Below, piece by piece: positions 23,101 through 33,440 of a stretch of DNA of 64,000 bases (its first letter is position 1; each line of letters opens with the position of its first letter). A model generated the notes under the pieces. It saw only the letters and a program-made list of their open reading frames with translations, was not told the origin of the DNA and made no database searches. The DNA comes from Lytechinus pictus (taxonomy: Eukaryota), in NCBI RefSeq assembly GCF_037042905.1, contig NC_087252.1, positions 3,908,001 through 3,972,000 of the forward strand, given 5' to 3'. The position numbers and the translations under genes were made by a program.

Positions 23101-24798
23101 AATTGTCATTTTCCTTGCGAAACCCATCTGTACCATTTCCTTAATTTGATTATCATAGGCTTTGGCATGCTCGGCATCCTTCAGCAACCTTTTCTCTGTA
23201 GCACAGAGCATTTTTTCCACCAGTACCTTGTTGTCTGGCAGTTCCTTTGGGTTTCTCTGCCATGGATATGGAACCAGCCACTGTCGTCCTTTCTTCTGAC
23301 AAGCCTTGATGATAAACTTCTGTTCATCTACCTCTTTATCTGGACAGGCCACTCCCATAGATTCTGTCGTCCAAAAATCCTGCAGATCAATGGGATTCCT
23401 GATTACTTGTACATTGAGTACGTTTCCACCCTTCTGACCTGGTTTACCACCAAACACCACCCAGCCTAGTGGCGTTCGCTTAGCAACTAGATGTCCTCTC
23501 TCTCTTGGCTTTCCATTCCCAAGATGAAGTTTTGCATAGTCGGCACCGATGAGTAGATCAATTGGTCCAGAACCTCTGTAGAGTTTGTCAAGATGGAAAA
23601 TCCTTGCTAACTCTCTAACATTAACACCTGTGATGTTATCGTTGATGACATCTAGTCCGATAGCTTGTACCACAATGACTTTATGGGTATCCAAAGACTC
23701 AAGCTTAACCCGATATAACTTGGAATCAGCAGTCTCTCTATCTCCGCCAACTTTTGTGATCACGACTTGGATTGGATCACCCTCGAGATTAAGCGTCTTT
23801 GCAATCTCCGTCCTGATGAGTGTCACTTGAGACCCAGAGTCCAACAAACAGTTACCAATGACCGCTCCCTTCGTACCTCGAACCTTGACTGACAGTATTG
23901 GTAACAGAGTCTCACTTGATCCGATACTTGCCACGTCCACTGTAGACTCCCTTTTTTCGATTGTTGAATGCAGCAAAGGATGATGATATGAGGGGCATTG
24001 GTCGCACTTCCTTCTTCGTCTACATGTGGTCATGCGGTGTTCCTTGCTGGCCCGCTTCAGACAGCTAAAGCACGCTCTGTTCGCCTTCATCAAGTCGTAC
24101 CTTTCTGGTTGGCTCATTCTGATAATCATTTGACACTTATCAATCCAGTGATCATTGGATTTACAGTGCCAACACTTAAAGTCCTGCTTACGAACCACAT
24201 CATTGCCTTTGTCTTGGTTCATAACTTGGTGTATGGATGCACCTTGCTTGGTCCTGTTATCTGACCTTCCTTCTCGAATGGATGCAGTCGCCCGAATGCG
24301 AGTCTGTAGTTCCTCGCTCATCCAGTCCATCAAGCCCTTTAAAGTGGGTGACCTCTGTAGACGTAACCAAATCTTACGATCTTCATTTGTAAGCTTCCGT
24401 TCTATCAACGCCAACATATGAGAATTGTTCATATCCTCTTCCTTATTTATCTGTTTCAGAGTGTTGTAACTCCTCCTAACTAATCCGGCAAACTCGATGA
24501 ACCTTGCATCCTCACCGTCCTTCAAGTTCTTGAACTTTGTGATGTCAGATATGATAGCATCGGCTAGATTCCTCGGATCACCGTACATGATATCAAGTTG
24601 CTCCCACGCTGCTTGATAGTCGGTTCCTATCCCTTGAATTATTTCCAGTGGTTTCCCTTGCAGGCTAGTACGCATAATTGTTATGCAATCCCTTTCGGCA
24701 TATCTGGTTTCGATGAGATGCTTGAAGTCGGACTTAAAAGTCTGATATTCTCTAATATCTCCTGAAAACCTGGGTAACTTAGGTTTTTCAACCTGCAC
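20128..24798 (-). CDS. BEL/Pao gag-pol polyprotein, main ORF (1556 aa)
   Basis: KLPRFSGD gag; CWHC..H....C, CFSC and CDQC..HHPLLH knuckles; LLDSGS protease; ADISKMY and YMDD reverse transcriptase; FSDAS RNase H; H..H..CTKC and CDYFGP / SDNGTQF / AES integrase. Confidence 0.96.
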   Translation of the reverse strand: MQVEKPKLPRFSGDIREYQTFKSDFKHLIETRYAERDCITIMRTSLQGKPLEIIQGIGTDYQAAWEQLDIMYGDPRNLADAIISDITKFKNLKDGEDARFIEFAGLVRRSYNTLKQINKEEDMNNSHMLALIERKLTNEDRKIWLRLQRSPTLKGLMDWMSEELQTRIRATASIREGRSDNRTKQGASIHQVMNQDKGNDVVRKQDFKCWHCKSNDHWIDKCQMIIRMSQPERYDLMKANRACFSCLKRASKEHRMTTCRRRRKCDQCPSYHHPLLHSTIEKRESTVDVASIGSSETLLPILSVKVRGTKGAVIGNCLLDSGSQVTLIRTEIAKTLNLEGDPIQVVITKVGGDRETADSKLYRVKLESLDTHKVIVVQAIGLDVINDNITGVNVRELARIFHLDKLYRGSGPIDLLIGADYAKLHLGNGKPRERGHLVAKRTPLGWVVFGGKPGQKGGNVLNVQVIRNPIDLQDFWTTESMGVACPDKEVDEQKFIIKACQKKGRQWLVPYPWQRNPKELPDNKVLVEKMLCATEKRLLKDAEHAKAYDNQIKEMVQMGFARKMTIEEMESYEGPVHYIPHHAVLRPEKKSTPIRIVFNSSSVYAGKCLNDFWMKGPDLLNNLFGVILRFRERSVAVCADISKMYHRVLIPESDQHVHRFLWRDLQVNRKPDTYVMQVVTFGDKPAPAMAQTALRLTAEEGRAQSPEAADVLKRDTYMDDICTSTDSIEQAKTLTKDIDMILADGGFKVKGWTSNIQLKGPEANEMEKTMMESLAEEKVLGVFWDREKDEFSYRVKVDKFIDKRLTKRIILSQVARIFDPIGYTAPFVIRAKIGLQQLWENGYDWDAVLPDECQMEWKRFFQEMEELKEVTFERCLTPKEAVGKPLLCIFSDASMHAFGACAYLRWEMDGGGYMTRFVAAKSRVAPLKPLTVPRLELQAAVLASRLYKTILEELRIEIEDVILMTDSTIALSWIRGRAKTFKTFVATRVGEIQTSTDPSKWRHISGESNIADVLSRGLKASELVGSWQRGPDFLQKSASDWPDEVKVREDLPDVEKERRNEKTVLNVSQSHHLIDYERFSNWRKLVRVAALVIKFVKKLKARRQNQEKETSIEITPTELDDGEKYIIRDVQNGMESRIKKGELKSLSPFIDDYGIIRVGGRIDKAITSFEQKHPALLPYGHHVSRLITRHVHETSHSGVAATMAKIRLKYWILHGHKLAKTVKYRCTKCRVFQHKTETQQMSDLPKERLAPSTPPFHFTSCDYFGPLTVKVGRNKTSKYYGVIFTCLNTRAVHLELAVDCSTMEFIQVLRRFFSIRGQPTMIMSDNGTQFIGAERELRKMTDGMSDNELKDFCAERGTTWKFVTPGAPHQNGCAESLVKSCKHALKRAIGDQVLSPFELYTCLVEVSNLVNQRPIGRLPTDPDDGSYISPNDMLLGRASGSVAQGPFLKTRNPRHRVELVQRIVYSFWQRWTRDVLPLLAPRRKWNVHRRNVCVGDVVMLADMNSVRSKWTIARVIEVYPGDDGKVRNVKVKTMNSEYRRPVTKLAVIYPVEGYED

Positions 24799-25118
24799 CT
24801 TCCTCCAGAGCTGATATTTCCAATGCTATTGTTTTCGAGGTAGTCACAAACCTTCGCTTTCACTTGCATGAAGTTATTCATGCAATCTTCTATCCATGCC
24901 TGCTCTGATTCATATGCCGAATCATCAAGAAGCTCACAGTATACGTCATGCTTCTCTTCCAGATCCTTGTAGCATTTCTGACATTCCTGAAAGCCCTCAT
25001 CAACCTCTATGCTGGATCTTTCACTGTCCATCAGGGCCGTAACTTGATTCAAAGTCCTTGTGAACTTCCCCTTTGCCGACCTCCGCTTCACCTTCAGTTC
25101 GCCTGCTCTTTCAGCCAT
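24799..25118 (-). CDS. N-terminal gag segment (MAERAGELKVKRRSAKGKFTR...) separated from the main ORF by a 1-nt frame break
   Basis: ATG lies 48 bp after the 5' LTR and gives a helical BEL-gag-like N-terminus. One extra base at ...GGA GGA A|GG TGC joins it to KVQVEKPKLP. Confidence 0.8.
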
Positions 25119-25166
25119 CTTGTCCTTCTTGTACTATTCCCGGAGTATGCGGAGAAATTGAATTTA

Positions 25167-26586
25167 TGGATAGTACAGAACAAGCCGAGATGTGAACCAT
25201 GGAATTGAGATATTTCTACAGTAGATTTGTAGATTTTATTCAATCTGAAATGATAAAACAAAACAGCATATTTTGAGTCATCTCATCCTGAATTAAAACA
25301 TGCACTTAAATATGAATATCTTGTGTAACCTGGTCTTGATGCATTTACATTTGTCCATCAAAGTATTACTAAATATTCTGACCAAGATTGACTTTCATTG
25401 TTTATAGTAAAAGCATGGATTAAGACTAATATAAACCAATTGAAAGTCTGAATGTAGCAGACAATATTATTTTCTATCAAAATCACTCCTTATATAAAAG
25501 GCATAAAAAATCAATGCCCAATTTTGGCAGGGCGCCAACAACGCATAGTTGAGTCCAACTATGCCGAAACAAATCCCTAATAGCTTTTAAAACTGGTTTT
25601 CTCTAAATTAAATGCACATGCAATTATTCATGAACCAAAACTAGTTTTGCCAGAAACTTATTTCTACCTCTTCAAAATACACTTCATGAATTCACCAAAT
25701 GTTCATGTATCAGACTCATGAACATGGTTTTGTATCCTTTTGTATAGATCTATATTTATGCACTTTCACCTCACAATGAGCAACTTGTCTTAAGCATAGA
25801 TATGCTTTAAAATACAATATAATCTTTGTAATATGAAAATAACTCAGATATTTTGTCTCTTCATTCTCACTAAAAAAGAAGTCTTGTATTTTCATGCTTT
25901 TGCTTAGATTATGAATCCAAACCGAACTAAACTTCTTGGAAATGTTTATATTCACATTTTCCAACATAACCAGTTGCTTCCAAAAAACTAAACAAAGCTT
26001 TCAACTGAAGCTTTTCATTAATTAAATATTCATATTTTAGACATCTTGAAACTTTTACTTTATAACACAAATTTCAGTCATGTGCATTTCAGAAAATTGT
26101 GATCAGATTTCACATGAGCCTTTTGAGCCAAAAACTGTCTTCTAACTTCAACCTCTTTTCACGTGTACATTTATAATGAATTTTTACGTCTGTTTTTCGT
26201 CAATAACTCTCTTTGACTTTCTTAACATAATTATATAATCAACACATTATCTCCCCTATTATCTGATTAATCTACGAAACTTACTTCTATGACGGGACAC
26301 AAATAAACATTGCTGAAATTTGGACATAAAAGGTGACGAAATGCAGCACCTCCGTAAACTCATGAACGTGAAAAATCTGATGCTGAAGATAGCGCACTGC
26401 TGTAAATTGACGTGTTGACAAATTTGATATGGTATCTTAGAGATAGATCATTAAAGCAAACGTTATAATAATCATATGGCATTTTAATCCAAAATAAATC
26501 CATTTTTTCCAAAGTTTAATCTTCTCTTCAAATTTGCCTTTCTGAAAGATTAAATTTTCTCATATATTCGGCTTCTTACCAAAACA
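25167..26586 (-). repeat. BEL 5' LTR (1420 bp)
   Basis: Matches 15278-15910 plus 19233-20019 with no mismatch found by eye. Minus-strand TATATAA at 25490-25496 and AATAAA about 70 bp from the LTR end. Confidence 0.95.
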
Positions 26587-27224
26587 ATAATAACAGCAGG
26601 ACTGGTAATAATACGGGTATAGTTACATGTATTTTACAAAATACCGCCAATGCATGCATGATGACATAAATGTAGACATAGCCATTGATAGGCTAGGCCT
26701 ATATGCCTTGAATTATTTGTGATGAAAATAGGGATTGGTTTTCCTACATGTATTTGACATGGGTAATTGTCATTTTACTAGTTATTTTAAGTTTAACATT
26801 CATATTTTTATTTATTTGGTCACAACAAGTGCATAACTAAATATTCTATGTACATGTAGATTTGATTCTAAAAGCAATACTGTAGATTCTACTAGTCATT
26901 GGTAGGCCTACTCATGAGAGTCATGAAGACGATTGGCTTTGATAACCATTTATATTTGGCCTAACTTGATGTGATAGATGAATGGATACTCATTCGCTTG
27001 TAATGTACAATTAGTGAATATAGTTCCCTTTTTTCCCTCTCTAGAAATAATTTTGGATATTGAGCACCATTGATGATGGCCACTGACCCACTGCATTATT
27101 GCACTTGTCTTTGTGTTTTTGGATTAACACCCCCCCCCCCACTTTCAGCACCACAACCCTCACAATCTCCTCTTTGATTAAACTAATTACCACCATCAGC
27201 ATTACTTTACTACAAACTTCACCA

Positions 27225-27403
27225 TTGTCATCGTTGTCATCATCATCACCATAATCATTAATGTCATTATCATTATCATCATCATAACCATCATAACCAT
27301 CAGTATTTTCATCATTTTCATCGGTCACTAGTATTATCATCCTCATTATCAGCATCAAAATCATCATGTCAATGTCATCACCATCACCACCACGGCAGTC
27401 ATC

Positions 27404-27436
<33 letters not shown>

Positions 27437-27501
27437 TTCATCATCATCTTCATCATCATCATTATCATCATCATCATCACCATCATCATCAACAACATCA
27501 T
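27225..27501. repeat. (CAT)n microsatellite field
   Basis: Read directly from the sequence. Confidence 0.9.
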
Positions 27502-27591
27502 TTTGATAAGGTGGTCACCATCATCAAAATCAAAATTAACTTGATGATCATTACAGGCCCTAAATTAATCTATCACAGGCTTTGACCATGG

Positions 27592-28042
27592 TAGACAGCT
27601 GGCAGCCGTCTGTTTCGAGGAGTTTTTAAAAAAAAATTAATTTTTTTAATTTCTCCTCATACACAGACGGCTCGCTATCGTGCAGCCACCATTAGGGGAC
27701 TATGCAAAATGCAAAATCCCCCCGTCGGGGCTCTTCAATTTTTGTCTTTAATGAATCAAACATTTGAAAATTAACGCGACCGAAATGCAAATTACTATTC
27801 CCTCTTGGCATTAATTGCAAAAAAACGGGGAAAATCAAGTTAAAAGGAACAAAAACAGTGACTTACCTCGGCTGTCACGCAACTTCACTGCCCTGTTTTA
27901 TCCGAACTTAATACACATAAACATATGGCCATTGAGTCCCCTGTACAGATCGCGCTAGAACTTCGGTCTCTGTATTTGGTGAGTGAAGCCAACGGAGTTC
28001 AGCTGAACAACCAACATAACAGAGACCGAAGCTTTTGGTCTA
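27592..28042. mobile_element. 451-bp TAG...CTA element with 9-bp TSD (Academ-like, non-coding)
   Basis: TGACCATGG|tagac ... gtcta|TGACCATGG. Confidence 0.8.
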
Positions 28043-30457
28043 TGACCATGGATGCCCTAACATATAGCCTCGATGTCTATCTCATTGGTCTTGGAGATTT
28101 TTTATGCAATTGATGTTTTAATTTTTTTATATTTGTGTAGAAACCTGCTTTACTCTTAATAATGATATCGGAATATAAGGCCTGGCCTGTCATCATCATC
28201 GTCATTATTGTAGATACATGTAATTATCATTGTCCAATTTGCAAGAACTTAATTTCTGGTTTCTTATTATTTCCTATTTTCTCATGTTTTTCTATGTACA
28301 TGTATTTTTATATCATTTGTACTTACAATAATTTTGTAAATTATTCTGCGAAAAATAATCTAAAATCTATATTAGTTTTATGTGGTTTTAAATCACTTGT
28401 TCTGTGACGATTATGTCAAAGAGCTTGCCTTACTGCAACTGTATAAACCCTCCCAAATTATCAATATCATTTGAAGAATTGATATCTGGTTATTAAAATG
28501 ATGGTTTTTAGTCACTTACATGTAAGTAATTTTAACAATTTTTTTGTAAAAAAAGATCACATTCTTGTGAAAATAAGTATGATGCCAGTGGATTTATCCA
28601 ACAATAATATGAGGAACCACTGCTATTCATTTTATTTTTGCTTTTGGGGACTCTGGGGCTGAAAGTAAATTATACAAAAAAATCAGTAAAATTCACTGAG
28701 CAAAAAAATAGATGAAAAAAAATATAATAAACAAATAATGAAGTTTATTGAATTTTAAAGTTGAGCAATATCTTTTGAAAACAGTATGCATAGTATGCAC
28801 ATCATCATGAATATTCATTAGGTGGGCTGTTGATGTCACACAACATCCCAATTTTTTTTTCTTATTTTATTATATAAAATCATAATTATATATTTTCATA
28901 CATGTGTGTACATGTAACTGTATATGGTATGTCTATATTAAAGTTGCAGCAATGTTTATAATGCATTAAATCAGTTGTCATTCCAATTTCTTTTTATAGT
29001 TTTTTTGAGGAAAAATTGAATGAAAAAGCAAAATTTCATGTGATATATGATGTCATATCCACTCTTCTGTATTTAATTTTATTACATCATCAGATTTGCT
29101 CAAATGAAGCCATGCGTAGAACTGTTTCGCAAAATAATCAAAATGTTTCAAATGTCATAGTTCTTTGTTATTCCATGTGCGATTTTGATATAATTTTCAA
29201 TGTTGTAGGAGTGGGCTATACATGGGTCAAAAATACTTTTTTTTGTAATTTCAATATGACAACAGTTTTTTTTTATTCCTTGTAATGTATCTCAACATGA
29301 AATGACAATATTTTTTGTCTCGGGTCCGAGAAAAAAGTGTGCCGGGCCAAAATCCAAAATGGCCGCCAAAACCCCCCAAAATCACAGCTTTGGCCACAAT
29401 TTCTTTATTTGGTGGTCTTTTTCTCTGGTTTTCTATCCCCTTTCCTTTCGAGGCCTCCATCACTTTCAAGCTCCAAGCTTAAGATGGAGGTCTCCCACAT
29501 TTCTATATATATATCAGGGTTCAGTAATTAAAGAAAATGTATATATAGATATAATTTTCACAGTACAGTTGATATTTTATAATGATTTATGTTTTTTTTA
29601 TTATACTTGTATATACTTTGTTTTTGTTTTGAAATGTGGAAATAAAATAAATCAAATCAAATTTTCCCATTTTTGTTGCCTTTTTTCAGCCAAAAAGTAG
29701 GTTTTATCATCCTGGGGTTCTGGGATATTAGATGGTACGAGCTATATTGCTTTTATTCCTCTACTTTGGGTTTTACGGATATTTGTGAAATATCTTAAAT
29801 TAAATTAAAAAATGTCAATTATCCATTGGGGTTATACAGTATACATGTACAATGTACTGTACATACATACTGCACTGCATATTAATGCATTAGCTACCAT
29901 GACAGATAACAAGGCCTGTATAAACTATAGTGTCATAGAAATGAGCTCTCAGGTTTAGAATTAGATGCCTCAGAAATTGAAGATATGTTTTGTCTCAGAA
30001 ATTGAGGACATGTTTTGTCAAATATGCTAATTCAGGGGGCAGAGAGAGGTAATTAACCCCACATGGCATTTACACTGTAGCTATTCTGGGCCCCGTTGCA
30101 TAAAACATTTACCATTATGTTCACTTAATGGTAACTTGCATGGAATCCTTGATTCTGATTGGCTGTTGATCAGCGTTACCATGATAGTTACCTGACCCCA
30201 TAAACATAGGCCAGTTTAATAGACAACACAACCAGGTAAAAAAAAGCCTCCAAATGAAGAAGATACATGGCTAAAAATGTGATATACATGTACATTATAT
30301 GTGATATTTATGTGCAATTTACATTGCTGGTTTCATCATGTACTGTACATCAGCTGACAAGCAATCAAATTCACAATCTAATTCTAAACCTTTGAAACCT
30401 ATTTCTTTTCTATGACACTATATACAGGACTTCACTTGTCATATGCCATGGTGGTCA

Positions 30458-31041
30458 TAGCCTCTTGTCGAGGCCCTGTCGGCTGCTTTCCGAGCGAACA
30501 TGGCAAAGCAAGGGAGAGAGCGAAGCAGAGCGCCGCGAGACAGGGCCTCTTGACATCTGACCCGAATTTCACCGACTTTCTTTTGTTTTTTATTGTTTTT
30601 ACCAATTCACCGACCAAAAACTGGTCGGTGAAAATCATCCAATGAGAGCGTGAGCTGCTATGACGTCATATTAAATATTCATGAGCTCATCTTGAATGGC
30701 GACCCTTGGATTCTTGACGAAGAGTGACGACGAAATATCAAAGAGCGCTGAATATGACTCTAAAATGCTGAATATTGACCAATTTAAGGATTTGCAAGTC
30801 GATGAAATTAACTCTGCACTGAAAGGACGAGATGTCTTTGTAAATCTACCCACAGGATATGGAAAAAATGTAATATTTCATGCGATTCCACCGGTCGAAC
30901 CGGGGCGTCGATTATCGATCTCCGCTGTGCAGTGCAGTGAGGGAAGCTGGGGTGGAGTTGCTGGGAGTTGACTCGAGTCTGACCAGCGGCTGAGCAGTAT
31001 CTCCCGGGAAGTTTTGGGGCGGTGATGGGTCTGTTACGGCC

Positions 31042-31072
<31 letters not shown>

Positions 31073-31389
31073 CCACTACTTGTAGCATTTTGCTGGTTAT
31101 ATCCCCTTTAGTGCCCCGCAATTAAATGAATCCCCTGCAGAATAATGTACTACTATACTATATAGTATTCTGAACCCAAAACGAAACAGCTCTGACATTT
31201 CATTGGTTTACTCGGTGACCGGTAATATCATGACTCATGTATATTCATTAGGAAGACGTTGCTCATGAATATATAATTCAGTTCAGATGTCAAGAAGCCC
31301 TGGCTCGCGCCAGGCCTAATTCGCTTTGCGAATTAGGGAATCCCTCGCTTCGCTCGGGAAGCAGCCGCCAGGGCCTCGACAAGGGGCTA
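30458..31389 (+). mobile_element. Non-autonomous AcademH-like DNA transposon, copy 1 (932 bp)
   Basis: TGGTGGTCA|tagcctcttgtcgaggccctg ... cagggcctcgacaaggggcta|TGGTGGTCA, with an internal RecQ-helicase fragment. Confidence 0.88.
30696..30971 (+). pseudogene. Truncated RecQ-like superfamily-2 helicase N-terminus carried by the transposon
   Basis: FKDLQVDEINSALKGRDVFVNLPTGYGKNVIF matches RecQ motif 0 plus Walker A. Similarity ends after about 65 aa. Confidence 0.85.
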
Positions 31390-33408
31390 TGGTGGTCAAG
31401 GCATGGATGCACGCAGTGTAGTATGTACAGTGCATTGTATACCGTATAGCCCCTATGGATAAATTACATTTTCTTTTATTTGATAAGATATATTTCGCAA
31501 ATATCCATAAACCCAAATTAAGAGGAATAAAAACAATATAGCTATATAAGCTGCCTGCTACTGTTCAACTGGTATCGTATAATATCCAAGAACCACATGA
31601 CAATGAAACCTACTTTTTAGCTGAAAAAAGGGCTTTAAAAATTGGTAAATTTAAGTAAAATCACCTTATAACTCTACAAATAATTATTTAGAAGTACTAA
31701 TCTTAGGAAAAACAAATTGCCTGCCCCCCAAAAACATATGAATAGACACCAAAACCAGAGAAAAAGACCATCAAATAAAAAAGTTGTGGCCGAAAATGTG
31801 ATTTTGGGGGGATTTGGCGGCCATTTTGGATTTTGGCCCGGCACACTTTTTTCTCGGACCCGAGACAAAAAAATATTGTCATTTCATGTTGAGATAAGGT
31901 AACAGGAACACAAAAAAACTGTTGCCACAGTAAAACCAAAAATCACCAATTTATAGCCCACTCCTACATGTAGTTGTACTTTGTCTTAATTATTTTTTCT
32001 CATATTATTTTCAGCCTAGAGTACAAGTGCTGTGCACACATAGACTTCTTTATTATAGCCTTCTTTCCTAGACTTAAAAAAGGATCAAAGGTTTTTGGTA
32101 TCGATGTTGGGCATATAATACAGTGGATTATGATTTTGATTTGCTACTATTTCTACTAGAAATGTTAGGCAATATTGGACTTTTGAATTTAACAAAAATA
32201 AAACCATTGCGGAATTCCCGCTCATAATAGGTATACAGTGTAGGCCTATAGGCCTAATACTGTAGTTTAACTCATATGCACATCTTGATAATGTTTGTGA
32301 TAATAGTCTGGGCCTACAGTGTATATGTAGGGCCTACATGTATTGTTTGGACTGTCCATCTGGCACCATTTTGACCCATTAGTTGACCATTGGACCAAAA
32401 CAGAAAAAACAGTGATTTTTTTTCTTCAAAACAGCACTAGGTCTACAGAGCACAATAAAAATCATTTGAAAAGAATTTTGTGGTCAGGTTATAGCTCTTT
32501 GTATTAATTTATACTGGACTGTTATGTCTGATGCTACTGTTATTCAAAACGTCATCGTTGTAAAAAAAAAATGCAGTTTCTAGATTTTATTAGATTAGAT
32601 TTAAAAATGTTCAAAGTTAAAAATTCCCTTGAACAATATACGGTACTATTAATTTGTAGAAGTAGGGCCGCCAAGCTAAACATTGCTTTAAAGAGAAAGT
32701 TTCATATTAAAAAAAAAGAATAGTCCATGGAGCTATAAGACACAGATAGCTCCATAATGTAGGCCTGCATATACATGTGCACATACATGTACATGTAGAG
32801 GCTGCCTAATGAATTTTGGGAGAATTATGAAAGAAAGAATCGTGCCAGAAGAAAGTGAACAAGAAAAAAGAAAAGAAAAGGTAAATATAACAAGAATAGA
32901 ATTTAAAAGAGTAAACAAGAAAAGAAAAGAAAAAACTTTCAGAAAAGAGGAGACAGAAAGTAAAAAGAATCGGAGACAGTGGGATCTGTCAAAATAAGAT
33001 GTGTATTGTGTACAATGTGTAATTTGGTGAGAATGAGGTGCTAAGGAGGTATGAATGAAAACTGTGGGTGGCATTTCACAAGTAGCCTAGTCTTTGTCTT
33101 CAGACCCTGATAGATATCTCAAACCTGTTGTTTGTTTGGCAAACCAGCTAAACATCAAATCGTAAGAAAAGATTGGAGTATGTGAAGGTGTTTTTGTGTA
33201 TGGTCAGCTACTATGTGATATTGGGATCATAAACTCCTCTTGGAAAGAAAAGCAGGATGGAGATTGACAGGGAAAATACCAATGCTCCTTTGTTTCTTTT
33301 TTTTAGTAGAATAAATATTTCAAGAGGGGTGTTTGTGGGCAGATAAATGTGGACACTCATGTGAGTGAGTGTGTAGATCTATGTGTATGTGTGTGACAGT
33401 GAAGAAGG

Positions 33409-33440
<32 letters not shown>

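Larger units (their letters stand above)
15278..26586 (-). mobile_element. Full-length BEL/Pao LTR retrotransposon
   Basis: TG...CA LTRs, 5-bp TSD ATAAT (15273-15277 and 26587-26591), PPT at 20020-20031, and gag-PR-RT-RH-IN ORF with BEL-type triple Cys/His gag motifs. Confidence 0.97.
29208..31964. mobile_element. TA-flanked foldback DNA element with long imperfect TIRs
   Basis: ta|ggagtgggctata ... tatagcccactcc|ta. About 225-bp inverted arms (tctcgggtccgagaaaaaagtgtgccgggccaaaatccaaaatggccgcc) and a second inverted block 29665-29845 versus 31435-31650. Confidence 0.85.
28645..32024. mobile_element. Decayed Kolobok-like MITE (family B) split by nested insertions
   Basis: The left part 28645-29207 and right part about 31973-32024 together align to the intact copy at 51441-52054. 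Confidence 0.65.

Noticed and set aside
20265..25208. Several + strand ORFs over the BEL element
   Set aside because: Antisense shadows of the gag-pol frame with no motifs.
30696..30971. Cellular RecQ gene exon
   Set aside because: Enclosed by TIRs and a 9-bp TSD, present in two independently inserted copies, with no downstream helicase exons.
33104..33161. Possible exon (cttcag| ... |gtaaga)
   Set aside because: Splice-like signals only, with no coding or comparative support.
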